Of a stretch of 64,000 nucleotides of DNA, positions 10,520 to 20,253 are shown in pieces. The translations under genes were made by a program, and so were the position numbers. Where the stretch lies: the IMG/VR virus record IMGVR_UViG_3300023184_008416, positions 1 to 64,000 of that record; one strand, given 5' to 3'. This stretch comes from a virus. Positions within the stretch are counted from its first letter, which is position 1. The number at the start of each line of letters is the position of its first letter. Below the pieces are notes generated by a model, which saw only the letters and a list, made by a program, of their open reading frames with translations, ran no database searches and was not told where the DNA came from.

Positions 10520-11017
10520 TTATCCAATAATACGAAAGGCAACCAAAAGCTTTTTATTGGTTACACCTAATGTTGGAATATCATATGTAATATTTAAATT
10601 AATATTAGATACTCCCTTGCCTGTATTTTGATCAAAATTGATATTTGTTACAAGCGTTTGAGGAGTAACATAAGGCATCCATGATGAAATTGCTTTTCTT
10701 ATACGATTTATTGCGCCTGTTTCAAAATCTTCTTGTGAAAGATTAGAACTAACAAGTTCAGTTAATAACGGTCTTAAATTGGCACCGTAGCTATAATGAC
10801 CTAATCTTTCACCCCAATTTGTTTGTACTAAATTACGCAAATTATCTGTTATCTGGTCAGATAATAAAAAATTCATTCCTAAAAAATCTTCATGATCCGC
10901 CGTTCCCAATTTTACAGGAGTTTTTATTCCTACAGGAATTGAACCAGTAAACAAAGGTATGGTGGAAATAGTTTGTTGTAATTGAACACCTGAACTTTTA
11001 AAATTAAAGGAAGGCAT
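10520..11017 (-). CDS. Baseplate gp25/GPW-like sheath initiator
   Basis: DQITDNLRNLVQTNWGERLGHYSYGANLRPLL...IRKAISSWMPYV matches the gp25 signature. Confidence 0.9.
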   Translation of the reverse strand: MPSFNFKSSGVQLQQTISTIPLFTGSIPVGIKTPVKLGTADHEDFLGMNFLLSDQITDNLRNLVQTNWGERLGHYSYGANLRPLLTELVSSNLSQEDFETGAINRIRKAISSWMPYVTPQTLVTNINFDQNTGKGVSNINLNITYDIPTLGVTNKKLLVAFRIIG

Positions 11018-11043
11018 GATATATTTTTATGTATCAAACCTTG

Positions 11044-12903
11044 TCATTTTCTTGCATAATATTTTTCACCGTCTGATAACGTTATTGTAACAGGTTTATA
11101 TCTGTAGTGATCTTTCGAACTCGGTCCAGGATAATTTTCATAATTACCTTCAGGATGATGATGACATAAATAAATATTTTTTGTATCATTTATACCAATA
11201 ATGTCGGTTCTATTTCCTACAAAATGCATATGATCTTCATGCGACACGTATTTAAAAAACATGGGGGTTACACTACCCCATTTTAATTTTTTATACAGGG
11301 CTTGATGTTCAAAGTTCCATAACTCTCCAAAATTATGTTTGCACCATGCATTAAAAACTTTAAATATATTTTCTCCAACTAATATTCCCCCAAAGGGAGG
11401 ATTATTACCCGTAGTTAATTCCTGTACAATTATATTTTTTTGAATCAACTCTGGTATCCAATCATGAAATAACCACCGTGCCATTTCATACATGGCAGCA
11501 AAATCATGTGGTAATACCTGTCCTTCACCAATTTGTGCATCTGCGTATGCTTTTTTAAGATAATCTGGTTGTTGACCAGGAATGAGGAAGGGGATGTTGG
11601 GACTGCCATATTTATTACTGCTAGAGTTTCCACAACGATATGGTGTTTCGCCCGGTAAACCTTCTTCCATGTTTTGTGATATTAAATTATTTTCGATCCC
11701 AGACAACCACTTACCGTCTTGTTTCATTGGATATGCAGTATCAAAAGAAGCTCCTCCATGTGAGTGTGACCATTGATTATACCTCCATCCAAGACCACCT
11801 GCAGGTTCTTTTCTGGTAATATTTCCAACCTCTAATTTAAAAAATGAATTGGTGTTATCTTTTAAAGATATTGGGTTTTTTGATCCTTGAATGTTGTCTG
11901 TGAATGACATGTGTTCTGCCATTTTTTGTATTGTTTCAACCGTAAATGAATCACCATAATACGCTTTACGTTTTGTAAAATTGACAGTTAATTTTGAACC
12001 GTTATCTTGTAACCTAACCAGGTTATTAAGTGCGGCCTCTTGATCTTCTGACATTTTAGGTTCATTGTATTTAATATAACCACGATAGTTGCCTAAAATT
12101 TTTATTAAATTTGTTGCCCCTACAACTACATGTGCAGCTGAAACTGCTATGATGTCTGCTGTTACCGTTTTTATGGTAGCCAAATTTGTTTGATATTCAG
12201 CAAAATTATCTCCGGGATCAAGCAATAGATTCTTAGTAATTTCTTGGACAATTTGACATGAAGCTTTAAATAATTTTTCAGGTGTAAAGTTTAACCACCA
12301 ATTTTCCTTACCAATTACTGAAATTAATTTTGAAAAAATTTGTGGGACGGCACCAATAATAAATTTTGAATTAAACTCTTGTAAGCTAGCAAAATTTTCT
12401 TGTCCCTGTGGCGGTTTACCGGTAATTGTCGTGGGTTGAGGATTTATTAATCCAATTAAATTGCTATTAAAAGCTATAACTTCAGGCGGAGGTACCAATA
12501 ACAAATTTGCAACCACGGGTATCGGCATTGCAAAGGCACCAATCATTCCAGCTAATCCTAAATCTATTTTAGGTCTACTTAAAACGTCGGCTACTCCTGT
12601 TGGATCAAATACTTTAATTAAAAACGATCTTTGATTAATTGATCTATCCAAGGTATCTAATAATGAAGAAAACACATCATCAATCCATCTTTTATGCCAA
12701 TCAGGGTATAAATCTTTATTTGCTAAATTTGGATTATAAAAAGGATCAGGTTTAATGTTTGGAACACATTCAAAATTTAAATTTATTTTTCCTATTTGAG
12801 AAAATTGTTGATGATAATCAATGATACGCTTTCTTGCGATATCTGACACTGATCCATCAGAATTTCTGACACCAAAAGTTGTCATCACAGTTTCCATGAT
12901 CAC
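11044..12903 (-). CDS. Baseplate-associated protein with a C-terminal MepA/LAS-like Zn-metallopeptidase domain
   Basis: YYGDSFTVETIQKMA...LEVGNIT...GG...SHSHGGASFD...HEDHMHF parallels the MepA motif order (YGHP, IGD, SHxxGxDxD, HxxHMH). Sits between the gp5-like and gp25 genes. Confidence 0.5.
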   Translation of the reverse strand: MIMETVMTTFGVRNSDGSVSDIARKRIIDYHQQFSQIGKINLNFECVPNIKPDPFYNPNLANKDLYPDWHKRWIDDVFSSLLDTLDRSINQRSFLIKVFDPTGVADVLSRPKIDLGLAGMIGAFAMPIPVVANLLLVPPPEVIAFNSNLIGLINPQPTTITGKPPQGQENFASLQEFNSKFIIGAVPQIFSKLISVIGKENWWLNFTPEKLFKASCQIVQEITKNLLLDPGDNFAEYQTNLATIKTVTADIIAVSAAHVVVGATNLIKILGNYRGYIKYNEPKMSEDQEAALNNLVRLQDNGSKLTVNFTKRKAYYGDSFTVETIQKMAEHMSFTDNIQGSKNPISLKDNTNSFFKLEVGNITRKEPAGGLGWRYNQWSHSHGGASFDTAYPMKQDGKWLSGIENNLISQNMEEGLPGETPYRCGNSSSNKYGSPNIPFLIPGQQPDYLKKAYADAQIGEGQVLPHDFAAMYEMARWLFHDWIPELIQKNIIVQELTTGNNPPFGGILVGENIFKVFNAWCKHNFGELWNFEHQALYKKLKWGSVTPMFFKYVSHEDHMHFVGNRTDIIGINDTKNIYLCHHHPEGNYENYPGPSSKDHYRYKPVTITLSDGEKYYARK

Positions 12904-12906
12904 ACC

Positions 12907-14331
12907 TTATTTTATAGGACTAGTTGAACTAACAACTAAAATTTTACTAGCAAACATCCCTTGACCTGCAACTCCTACACCAACAGAAGAATTTGCAGTT
13001 GTACGAATGGGTTGTGAAATAACGGATCCATTATTTTGGATGGCCGGGATATCTGTGCATAGAACTGCTTTATCTGCTGTATCACCACCTAATTTTATAT
13101 ATCCCGTATCACTAGGTTTAAAAATAATATCTCCGTTGGTCTTTATAACAACTGCAGCATAACTGCCGGGCACCCCACTGTCATTATTATTAACAAGTAT
13201 TTCAACATCTTTCCTCGCAATCAATCTCAATTTATCAGTTTTAATGACAATTGCAGGATCACCATCTGCTGAATTTTCAAATGAAAATTGGCCATTAAAA
13301 CTTTCTAGATTAAAAATTGAATCTATGTTTGTTTTTTCTGAAATTCTAATTCTGCTAGAATCATTGATTGGATCTGGATCACCTTCTGATTTTTGATAAA
13401 CTTTAGGTGATTTATTTAATTCTGTATATCCTAATTCATTAATTACTGGAAGACCTCCAGTTTCTGGAGTTTTTCCTCTGCCCGCAACAATATCAATTGT
13501 TCCATATGGAAAATCACTGGTAGGCAAAGAAGGTATGTTTATATTTCCTTTATTTTCATTTTGTAAATTAACACTATTGTTTTTGAGAAATATACTGACG
13601 GGAGTAAAATTAGCTACTGGGCCTTTGCGATCGGTTCCTAAGGATATTAACGTATTATTTGAACCTTCTAAAACTATGTCTCCTGGTCTTTTTTTGTAAC
13701 GTGGAACAGAAGCTGGAACCTTTAAATTACTGGCGTTGAATTGTTGAGAATTTCCTAAAATTCCTCCTGATGATATCCCCGATATAAAAGAAAAAACATA
13801 TTCATTATTTTCTTTGCTAACAAGATCTCTATAGGCATTACTCCCATTTTTAATAAAGTTTGATCCTGGCAGTATTCTTCTAACACCTTTATCGTAGGCA
13901 GGAATCCCGTTGTTAAATTCAAACTTATCTTCTAAATCAGGATTTGAATAAGAAGGTTCATAAGACCTGGGAGGATGTGTATGATTTAAATCATCGGTGG
14001 TTAAAATTTCGGTTATTCTACAAAACCAATAACCTATGTCTTGTCTATAGTTATCTCCCTCGGACACCAAGGCCCAAACGTGTTCCCCCGGATTACAAGG
14101 TAAAGAAAGATGAGGAGGAAAAAAGGGGGCAAAAAACATAGCCTGATCAAGACCTCCTTCTCTATCTAATATTCTTCTTCCCAAGATTGTGTTTCTTGGT
14201 AAAACTAATTTTTTATTAATTTTAAATAAATCATACTTTTTTTGATAAATTTCTATTAAAGCATCAGTAACCATTGATGGATCAACAATTACATCAAGAA
14301 CGACTATTCGAGAAAAAGCCTGATCTATCAT
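12907..14331 (-). CDS. Baseplate hub/spike protein (gp5/VgrG OB-fold-like)
   Basis: PFFPPHLSLPCNPGEHVW...GYWFCRI OB-fold-like segment; PGDIVLEGSNNTLISLG and GYIKLGG beta-strand segments; position upstream of gp25. Confidence 0.6.
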   Translation of the reverse strand: MIDQAFSRIVVLDVIVDPSMVTDALIEIYQKKYDLFKINKKLVLPRNTILGRRILDREGGLDQAMFFAPFFPPHLSLPCNPGEHVWALVSEGDNYRQDIGYWFCRITEILTTDDLNHTHPPRSYEPSYSNPDLEDKFEFNNGIPAYDKGVRRILPGSNFIKNGSNAYRDLVSKENNEYVFSFISGISSGGILGNSQQFNASNLKVPASVPRYKKRPGDIVLEGSNNTLISLGTDRKGPVANFTPVSIFLKNNSVNLQNENKGNINIPSLPTSDFPYGTIDIVAGRGKTPETGGLPVINELGYTELNKSPKVYQKSEGDPDPINDSSRIRISEKTNIDSIFNLESFNGQFSFENSADGDPAIVIKTDKLRLIARKDVEILVNNNDSGVPGSYAAVVIKTNGDIIFKPSDTGYIKLGGDTADKAVLCTDIPAIQNNGSVISQPIRTTANSSVGVGVAGQGMFASKILVVSSTSPIK

Positions 14332-14332
14332 A

Positions 14333-14695
14333 CTATTGTTCCTTTATCATATTAAACATATCATCAGGATCAATTGATTCGTTGCTACGATCTGCCTTGG
14401 CAATAAGTTCAGCAAGTTTTATAAGTTGATCATTGGCGCGGCTCATTCGCTCAATGAAAGTTGATAATGTTTTACCATGAATTGCGTGTTCAGTGCTCTT
14501 GCCCTTCACAATTTGACTGAGCTCAAGAAACATAGCATATGCATGTTGTCTGTCAATGATTGCATTTTCATAAATTTCTTTCCACAATCTTTTCTTTTTA
14601 TCGCTCAATGTTTCAATTTGATCCAAGAGTGTAGAGAAATCTTTTACCTTTTCATTTATTTCTCCCCATGAAACATCGGTCGTATCATTACTCAT
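14333..14695 (-). CDS. Hypothetical alpha-helical protein
   Basis: 120-aa ORF coupled between the sigma-like gene and the gp5-like gene. Confidence 0.65.
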   Translation of the reverse strand: MSNDTTDVSWGEINEKVKDFSTLLDQIETLSDKKKRLWKEIYENAIIDRQHAYAMFLELSQIVKGKSTEHAIHGKTLSTFIERMSRANDQLIKLAELIAKADRSNESIDPDDMFNMIKEQ

Positions 14696-15458
14696 TTTGT
14701 GCCATCCTCAATCTTTTATAATGTCTTTTTATTGTTTGCATGGCAGTCGTCAATTGCTTGGGACTTAAACCAGATAATTCTCTCATGTAAAGAAGAATGG
14801 CACTCTTGTTGAGTAAATCTATCGAATCTATGTTTTCAAAAATTGTGATGACAGAGTTTATGCAAGATAATTCATTTTCAGTTTTTAATGATGATCTAAT
14901 TTCATGTAACAACTTCACCGTTCCTTCTGCATCACCAAACATTGACACAAAAGAATCCTGTGTTGGTACAGTATTGTAGTCTTCAACAATTTTTTGATCA
15001 TTGTTGGACATCGATTCTGTGTAATCCAGACTAACACTCTTTTTAGAGTACAAACTTTTTTGTTTTGTTTTTATGATTAACCAATTTTTAGCAACAACAT
15101 TAAAATATGAAAAAGCGTTAGTTCCACGCGTTGCATCAAACTTATAAATTGTTTCAAACAAAAAATTTATACAATCGTTTTTTAGGTCATCGTAAGAATC
15201 GTACAATCCGACAAATTTGTGTATGTTAATTAGATTTTCTACTAACTTGCGAAACGCAGGTAGAATTTCTTTCATATACAAATCATCTTTTTCAATCTTG
15301 CTCGCGGCACTTTGGTAAGCTACAATGGCTGCTTGCGTTTGTTGATTGAAGTACATTCTTTCCGTTCGGGAATCGATGACTTCTGGTGAATCAGAAGACC
15401 TTCGTCGTCTACGTAATTTTATTTTTTTAGTTGTATCATTGATTTGTATTTTTTGCAT
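14688..15458 (-). CDS. Phage sigma factor (T4 gp55-like late sigma / sigma-70 region 2)
   Basis: MYFNQQTQAAIVAY...YDDLKNDCINFLFETIYKFDATRGTNAFSYFNVVAKNWLI region-2 motif; degenerate C-terminal HTH (LYMRELSGLSPKQLTTAM). Confidence 0.75.
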   Translation of the reverse strand: MQKIQINDTTKKIKLRRRRRSSDSPEVIDSRTERMYFNQQTQAAIVAYQSAASKIEKDDLYMKEILPAFRKLVENLINIHKFVGLYDSYDDLKNDCINFLFETIYKFDATRGTNAFSYFNVVAKNWLIIKTKQKSLYSKKSVSLDYTESMSNNDQKIVEDYNTVPTQDSFVSMFGDAEGTVKLLHEIRSSLKTENELSCINSVITIFENIDSIDLLNKSAILLYMRELSGLSPKQLTTAMQTIKRHYKRLRMAQNE

Positions 15459-15741
15459 CGTTGTCGCTCGAAAAGTTAGTTATCTTGTTTGCAATTATTA
15501 ATAAAGCATCACGTGAGGTGGCTATGTCTTTGACCACACCCTTAATGACAGGTTCATCATAGAGAACCGGCACTTGTGAAGCTTCCGAGATCCTGCGATA
15601 ACAACCGTCGATTATGTCCAACGATTCTTCAACCTGATCTTCTAATGAAAAAATTAATTTACTTAACCTATACGTCATCATCCCAAGACCGATTGTGGTG
15701 GCAAAAAAAATAACCGCAATCAGTGACATCAGGATTAGCAC
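15436..15741 (-). CDS. Small membrane-anchored protein
   Basis: N-terminal hydrophobic helix MLILMSLIAVIFFATTIGLGMM followed by a helical acidic region. Confidence 0.6.
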   Translation of the reverse strand: MLILMSLIAVIFFATTIGLGMMTYRLSKLIFSLEDQVEESLDIIDGCYRRISEASQVPVLYDEPVIKGVVKDIATSRDALLIIANKITNFSSDNDAKNTNQ

Positions 15742-16907
15742 AAATATTCTCCTATTTCATTATCCAGGTAACCATTGATTGCTTCTTGAGAATATTCCTG
15801 AATCAATCGAGGAGCCAGTTCACCGGCCCAACCAAGAGGAACGGATTGGGATTCAATGAATTTTTTTGCTTTTCTTTTGAAATCTTCTTCAGAAGGTGTT
15901 GCCCACTTTGCTCCTTGAACAAAAATTTTACCATCAACCCGACTGGGATGAATTTCTTCCAATTTATGATCAATAGAAATAAATTTACCTTTATTCAAGA
16001 AATCAAGATGTCCAGACCATCCCGTTGCAATTACTGGTAATCCGGCTACTGCTGCTTCCAATAATGGTAAACCATAACCTTCTCCGCGAGTAAGTGAAAC
16101 CAAGGCTTTGATTTTAGGATGTCTATATAATGAGTTCATTTCCTCGTCAGACATTGAACCGTGCAAGAGATGGATTTTAGGAAATTGTTTGTTTCCTCTG
16201 ACCTCTTTTAAGAGTTGATCAACTAAATTCGTGACAGCTTTTTTATCAATAGTTGTATTACGACCAATGTTTGTTTTTAATACAATTCCTACATCACTGC
16301 GATCAGCAAAGGTTTCACAAATCCATTTTATTGCAAAAAACGTATTTTTTCTGTCAGAGAACGGATTATTTCCCGTTATTTGAGCAACAATAAGAAAATT
16401 ATTTTCAGCTTTTAAAGATAAATTAAAAGGGGTAACGTTCAATGAATTTTTTAACGCTTCAGGATAAGCTTCAGGAACTACGGAAATTTTTGTTTTTGTT
16501 TGCCCCGTTTGCTCAAAAGTTCTTTTTGAAAATTGAGAAGGAACAACAACGTGTGTCATAGCGTCACAGCATTTTAACCAATCAGGATTACATACATTGG
16601 TTTCTACACCTGCAGTTAATCCGATATTTAATTTCCCAAGATTTGGATTCCATTCATTAGGAAGTTGTAATTGAAGTGTCACATCTGCATCCGACACAGA
16701 ATTATTTGGAACTGTTTTTTCCATTATTTGACCGATCAGACCATCACATGAATCTCTGTTTAATAACCAAGGTGTATCACCCCACATGACTGGTGAGATT
16801 TTTAAATCTATGTTTTTCTTGGTCAATAACCATTTTGTTATTTGACGAGCGTGGACGCCGTATCCTGACTGCGTCAATACAGGTGCAACAAATACAACTG
16901 ATTTCAT
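15735..16907 (-). CDS. Glycosyltransferase, GT-B (GT4-like)
   Basis: SGYGVHAR N-terminal loop; RGEGYGLPLLEAAVAGLPVIATGWSGHLDFL (E-x7-E). Confidence 0.9.
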   Translation of the reverse strand: MKSVVFVAPVLTQSGYGVHARQITKWLLTKKNIDLKISPVMWGDTPWLLNRDSCDGLIGQIMEKTVPNNSVSDADVTLQLQLPNEWNPNLGKLNIGLTAGVETNVCNPDWLKCCDAMTHVVVPSQFSKRTFEQTGQTKTKISVVPEAYPEALKNSLNVTPFNLSLKAENNFLIVAQITGNNPFSDRKNTFFAIKWICETFADRSDVGIVLKTNIGRNTTIDKKAVTNLVDQLLKEVRGNKQFPKIHLLHGSMSDEEMNSLYRHPKIKALVSLTRGEGYGLPLLEAAVAGLPVIATGWSGHLDFLNKGKFISIDHKLEEIHPSRVDGKIFVQGAKWATPSEEDFKRKAKKFIESQSVPLGWAGELAPRLIQEYSQEAINGYLDNEIGEYLC

Positions 16908-18151
16908 AACACCACCTCAGACCATTTGGATTTCTGAGACCACGAGTTCATAGTATCTTGTAAGGTTCTGTCCCATTCACCAATCAATCTGTCTATTGAA
17001 AATTCTTTCATTGCATAATCTCTGCCTCTTAAACCGAGAGTTTTTCGACCTTCTGGACCCATATTGTAAACTTTCATAATTGCATCAGCATAGGTTTTGT
17101 GAGACACAAAATCTTCATAAATGTATGGTACCATTTGATTGCCGACCAAAGAACGAACTTCGGGATCAAGCCCGACGCCATATTCTTCTCCTGTTTCCCA
17201 ATTAATGACTTGACGTGTTAATCCACCTGTCTTGATCGTAATCATCGGTTTACCACAATACAACCCTTCAAGGGTTGACAGACCAAACCCTTCATTGCAA
17301 GATCTATTAAGAACAACGTCAGATGTGTTGTACAACGAAACCATTTCTTCAAATCCAACTCTGTCTTTAGAAAAGAAAACATTACCTCTTAGACCAAAAA
17401 GATCTATGACGTGGTGAAGATTAGGTCCTTCATGATCATTTGGATCTGTGTGCATTACAAGTGTCGCTTTTCTGTGACCGTGGGTTGCTTCAAGTTGGTC
17501 CAAAAATATTTTCCAAGATTGAATAAGATCACTTGGCATTTTTCTACGAGCATTACGGCTGACATATAATCCAACAAAATGATCTGAACGAGCATCACCT
17601 AGCAATTTTCTTTTCACATCTAAGGCTTTGTCTTCAGGAAACGGTTGATAAATGTCTGAGGGTAGTGCGTGAGGAATAAAATTGGTTTTTTCGGGGAATC
17701 TTTCATGAACCATTTTATAAGTTGGATAGTTGATGCAATTGATAAGATCTGTTGATTCATATAATACTTTATTAAAATCTGGCCATGGATCATTGTCCCA
17801 TAGATGATTGTAAACAATAGGACAAATTTGATGAATTTCGTCTTCCATTTCCCATGTCCAAATGAAAAATCGTGGATCAGTAAATAGAAATAGTGCATCT
17901 GGCTTTTCGGTAGCCAGTAAAACTCTTAGCATATTTCTATCACCAAATCCATCGATAGGTTTAATGATGAAGTCAGGATTTACGGACACAGTTTGGTAAT
18001 CGTTGTGTTTTACTGCTGCCCCTAAACACCTGAAAGTATATTTCCCTGTGTTTAATAAACCATTAATTAACCATCTGGCTTGAATTCCAACGCCGCTTGT
18101 CGATAGTGGGTGATCACTAATAAAGAGAATCTTTTTCTTTTTTTCTGTCAT
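16904..18151 (-). CDS. Glycosyltransferase, GT-B (GT4-like)
   Basis: KILFISDHPLSTSGVG; RNARRK; NEGFGLSTLEGLYCGKPMI (E-x7-E). Confidence 0.9.
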   Translation of the reverse strand: MTEKKKKILFISDHPLSTSGVGIQARWLINGLLNTGKYTFRCLGAAVKHNDYQTVSVNPDFIIKPIDGFGDRNMLRVLLATEKPDALFLFTDPRFFIWTWEMEDEIHQICPIVYNHLWDNDPWPDFNKVLYESTDLINCINYPTYKMVHERFPEKTNFIPHALPSDIYQPFPEDKALDVKRKLLGDARSDHFVGLYVSRNARRKMPSDLIQSWKIFLDQLEATHGHRKATLVMHTDPNDHEGPNLHHVIDLFGLRGNVFFSKDRVGFEEMVSLYNTSDVVLNRSCNEGFGLSTLEGLYCGKPMITIKTGGLTRQVINWETGEEYGVGLDPEVRSLVGNQMVPYIYEDFVSHKTYADAIMKVYNMGPEGRKTLGLRGRDYAMKEFSIDRLIGEWDRTLQDTMNSWSQKSKWSEVVL

Positions 18152-18230
18152 TTTAGATAGTTGTTAATATCGGTTGTTAAAATCAATTGTATATAAAACA
18201 TCGTGCGTTTTTGATAATTTTTTGTTAAAA

Positions 18231-19058
18231 TTAACCACAATGTTCTGTGTTGTGATAGTCACAATAAGTGCAAGATGACCTGTTTTTTAGTGCAATACCT
18301 CGTTTTACAGAAGTCACCATATCATTTACTAATTTTAAATTTCTTTTAATTGTAACATCACCTACAGAAATTGGAAAAAGCTCACAGTGTTTTCCGGGTT
18401 TAGCTGACTTTTTGAGGATGACAAATGCACATCTAATTTCTTTCAGGTTTATATTGTGTTTTTGAGACCAAAAACTCTTATAAAGAACTAATTGGGCTGA
18501 TGTTAGTTTGTCCTGTCTTTTTTGACGTAACCAACCTCTATTTGAGGTTTTCCAATCTAATAACCAAACTAAATCTTCACCCCGTTTACCTTTGGATTTG
18601 ATGACACCGTCAATGAATCCTTTGAATGCGTGTGGATGAGGATTGATTGATTCATAAAGTTGTTCTTCTGCGGCTATAAATTCCCAATCAGGAAATTCTG
18701 TTCCCATGAAATTTGGAATTTCTGCCAAAATGGCAAGACTTTCAGTCTTAGCCCTTTGTAAAGAGGTTTCATCAAATCCCTTTACGCCTTCATTTTTCTT
18801 CCACGCTTCTTCTAACATTGAAATGGTGATTGTCGTGTCCATCACCTTTGTTTTTAAGAAATTTTCACATGCTGCGTGAACGGCAGTTCCAAAATCAAGA
18901 TAAATGCTTGGTTTAAATAAATCTATCTTTTTTACGTGTTGTAACTGATGTCTGTAAGAACACTCGGCCCATGATTTAATTTCAGAGTAAGATACATGTG
19001 GCTTTCCCGTAGGAAGCAACTCAAAAGAGTGATTATTCATTGTATCTAGACAATACAA
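18231..19058 (-). CDS. PD-(D/E)XK exonuclease, Cas4/AddB-like with a predicted Fe-S staple
   Basis: HVSYSEIKSWAECSY, FGTAVH, FKGFIDGV...LLDWKTS, QLVLY and C-terminal CTYCDY..C. Likely start is ATG 19040. Confidence 0.85.
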   Translation of the reverse strand: MYCLDTMNNHSFELLPTGKPHVSYSEIKSWAECSYRHQLQHVKKIDLFKPSIYLDFGTAVHAACENFLKTKVMDTTITISMLEEAWKKNEGVKGFDETSLQRAKTESLAILAEIPNFMGTEFPDWEFIAAEEQLYESINPHPHAFKGFIDGVIKSKGKRGEDLVWLLDWKTSNRGWLRQKRQDKLTSAQLVLYKSFWSQKHNINLKEIRCAFVILKKSAKPGKHCELFPISVGDVTIKRNLKLVNDMVTSVKRGIALKNRSSCTYCDYHNTEHCG

Positions 19059-19084
19059 TTGATTTGACGATTAGATCAAATTTT

Positions 19085-19891
19085 TTATTTGTTGATGCTT
19101 TGCATGACCCTAGAATATTCTTGAGCAACAAAATTTATATCTATGTGTTGCAAGTTCCAAGGATATTCTGGCCTTATCCATGAATCATTGGGACAAGTCG
19201 TACCGTATGCCCCAACAACCTCGGGTACACCTGGTTGATTGTTGTGAATGATTGGTGTACCTTGAGACAAGGACTCTAAAATTTCATAAGGACAAGACAC
19301 TCGCGTTGAATGACAAATTGTCCAATTTGACATTGAAAACAATTCTAATCTTTCTTGACGAGGTAGACTCGGTACAAAAAAAACATCATTTCCTTTTGCC
19401 TGTCTTAGATCGCCGTCACCATGTAGTATTAAACACGAATTTGGGTTATTGGATTTTAAATTTTTATATGTTTCAATAACTGTTTTTAAAGAATCATCTG
19501 TTGACCAGGCTGGCGATGAAGCTATAAAAATACTCTGATAATCTTTGTGTATTGAAGCAAGTCCATCATTCAAATTCGTTGGTTTGACATTAATATCAAC
19601 TGCTTCATGTATTGTGAACGTATTTTGGTAATTTAAATCATTGCTATTATGTGTTGAAAAAATAACTGCTCTGGGATTAAATCTTAATGATTCTTTGTTA
19701 CAGGTTTTGTCCCATCTTAATAAGACATTATCAGAATTGTTTAATTCAGAATCATTACCAAATGATAAAAGTATGTCAGGATCTTTGTCTACAATTTTAT
19801 GTCCCAGTCCTGAGAGTTGAGGAATCAAAAGTTGTAGAAATAGTCTAGTGTCAGGTTGGGTTAGAGATTCACCAGCTAATTTATAATTCAT
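19085..19891 (-). CDS. Divergent GT-B glycosyltransferase-like protein
   Basis: C-terminal SCPYEILESLSQGTPIIHNNQPGVPEVVG resembles the GT4 nucleotide-binding motif, with the first Glu missing. Confidence 0.65.
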   Translation of the reverse strand: MNYKLAGESLTQPDTRLFLQLLIPQLSGLGHKIVDKDPDILLSFGNDSELNNSDNVLLRWDKTCNKESLRFNPRAVIFSTHNSNDLNYQNTFTIHEAVDINVKPTNLNDGLASIHKDYQSIFIASSPAWSTDDSLKTVIETYKNLKSNNPNSCLILHGDGDLRQAKGNDVFFVPSLPRQERLELFSMSNWTICHSTRVSCPYEILESLSQGTPIIHNNQPGVPEVVGAYGTTCPNDSWIRPEYPWNLQHIDINFVAQEYSRVMQSINK

Positions 19892-20253
19892 GATCGTTTT
19901 TTGACTGTTTCAATTACGGGCACTGCGTATGGTGTACCTTTTAACATCACTGCTAACAATGCTAGTTCTTTTGTTTCTACATTTTCAAGTGAAGCACGTT
20001 GGGTAAAAATATTGGGATCCAATTCTTGGGTGTTGTTTATTGCTACTGAATCATAATAAGCTTGTGCTATCCAATTCAGCGATTCATTTGAAATTTTTAC
20101 CTCAGATGAAACAAACACTTCTTGTAATGATTCAAAAATTGTTCCATAGATTGAAATACACGTCTCTTTGTTTAAAGATTTATCTTTGTATTTAGTGAGT
20201 CTTTCCACCAATAATTTTGAAACAGATTCATGAAAATTTCCATGTTTGCTCAT
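19888..20253 (-). CDS. Hypothetical protein
   Basis: 121-aa ORF with ATGA overlaps on both sides. Confidence 0.65.
   Translation of the reverse strand: MSKHGNFHESVSKLLVERLTKYKDKSLNKETCISIYGTIFESLQEVFVSSEVKISNESLNWIAQAYYDSVAINNTQELDPNIFTQRASLENVETKELALLAVMLKGTPYAVPVIETVKKRS

Noticed and set aside
3674-14331. Extracellular contractile injection system or tailocin
   Set aside because: Terminase, portal, primase and a head nuclease on the same contig indicate a complete phage.
18231-19058. CRISPR-Cas locus around the Cas4-like gene
   Set aside because: No repeat-spacer array or other cas genes are visible; intergenic gaps are all short.
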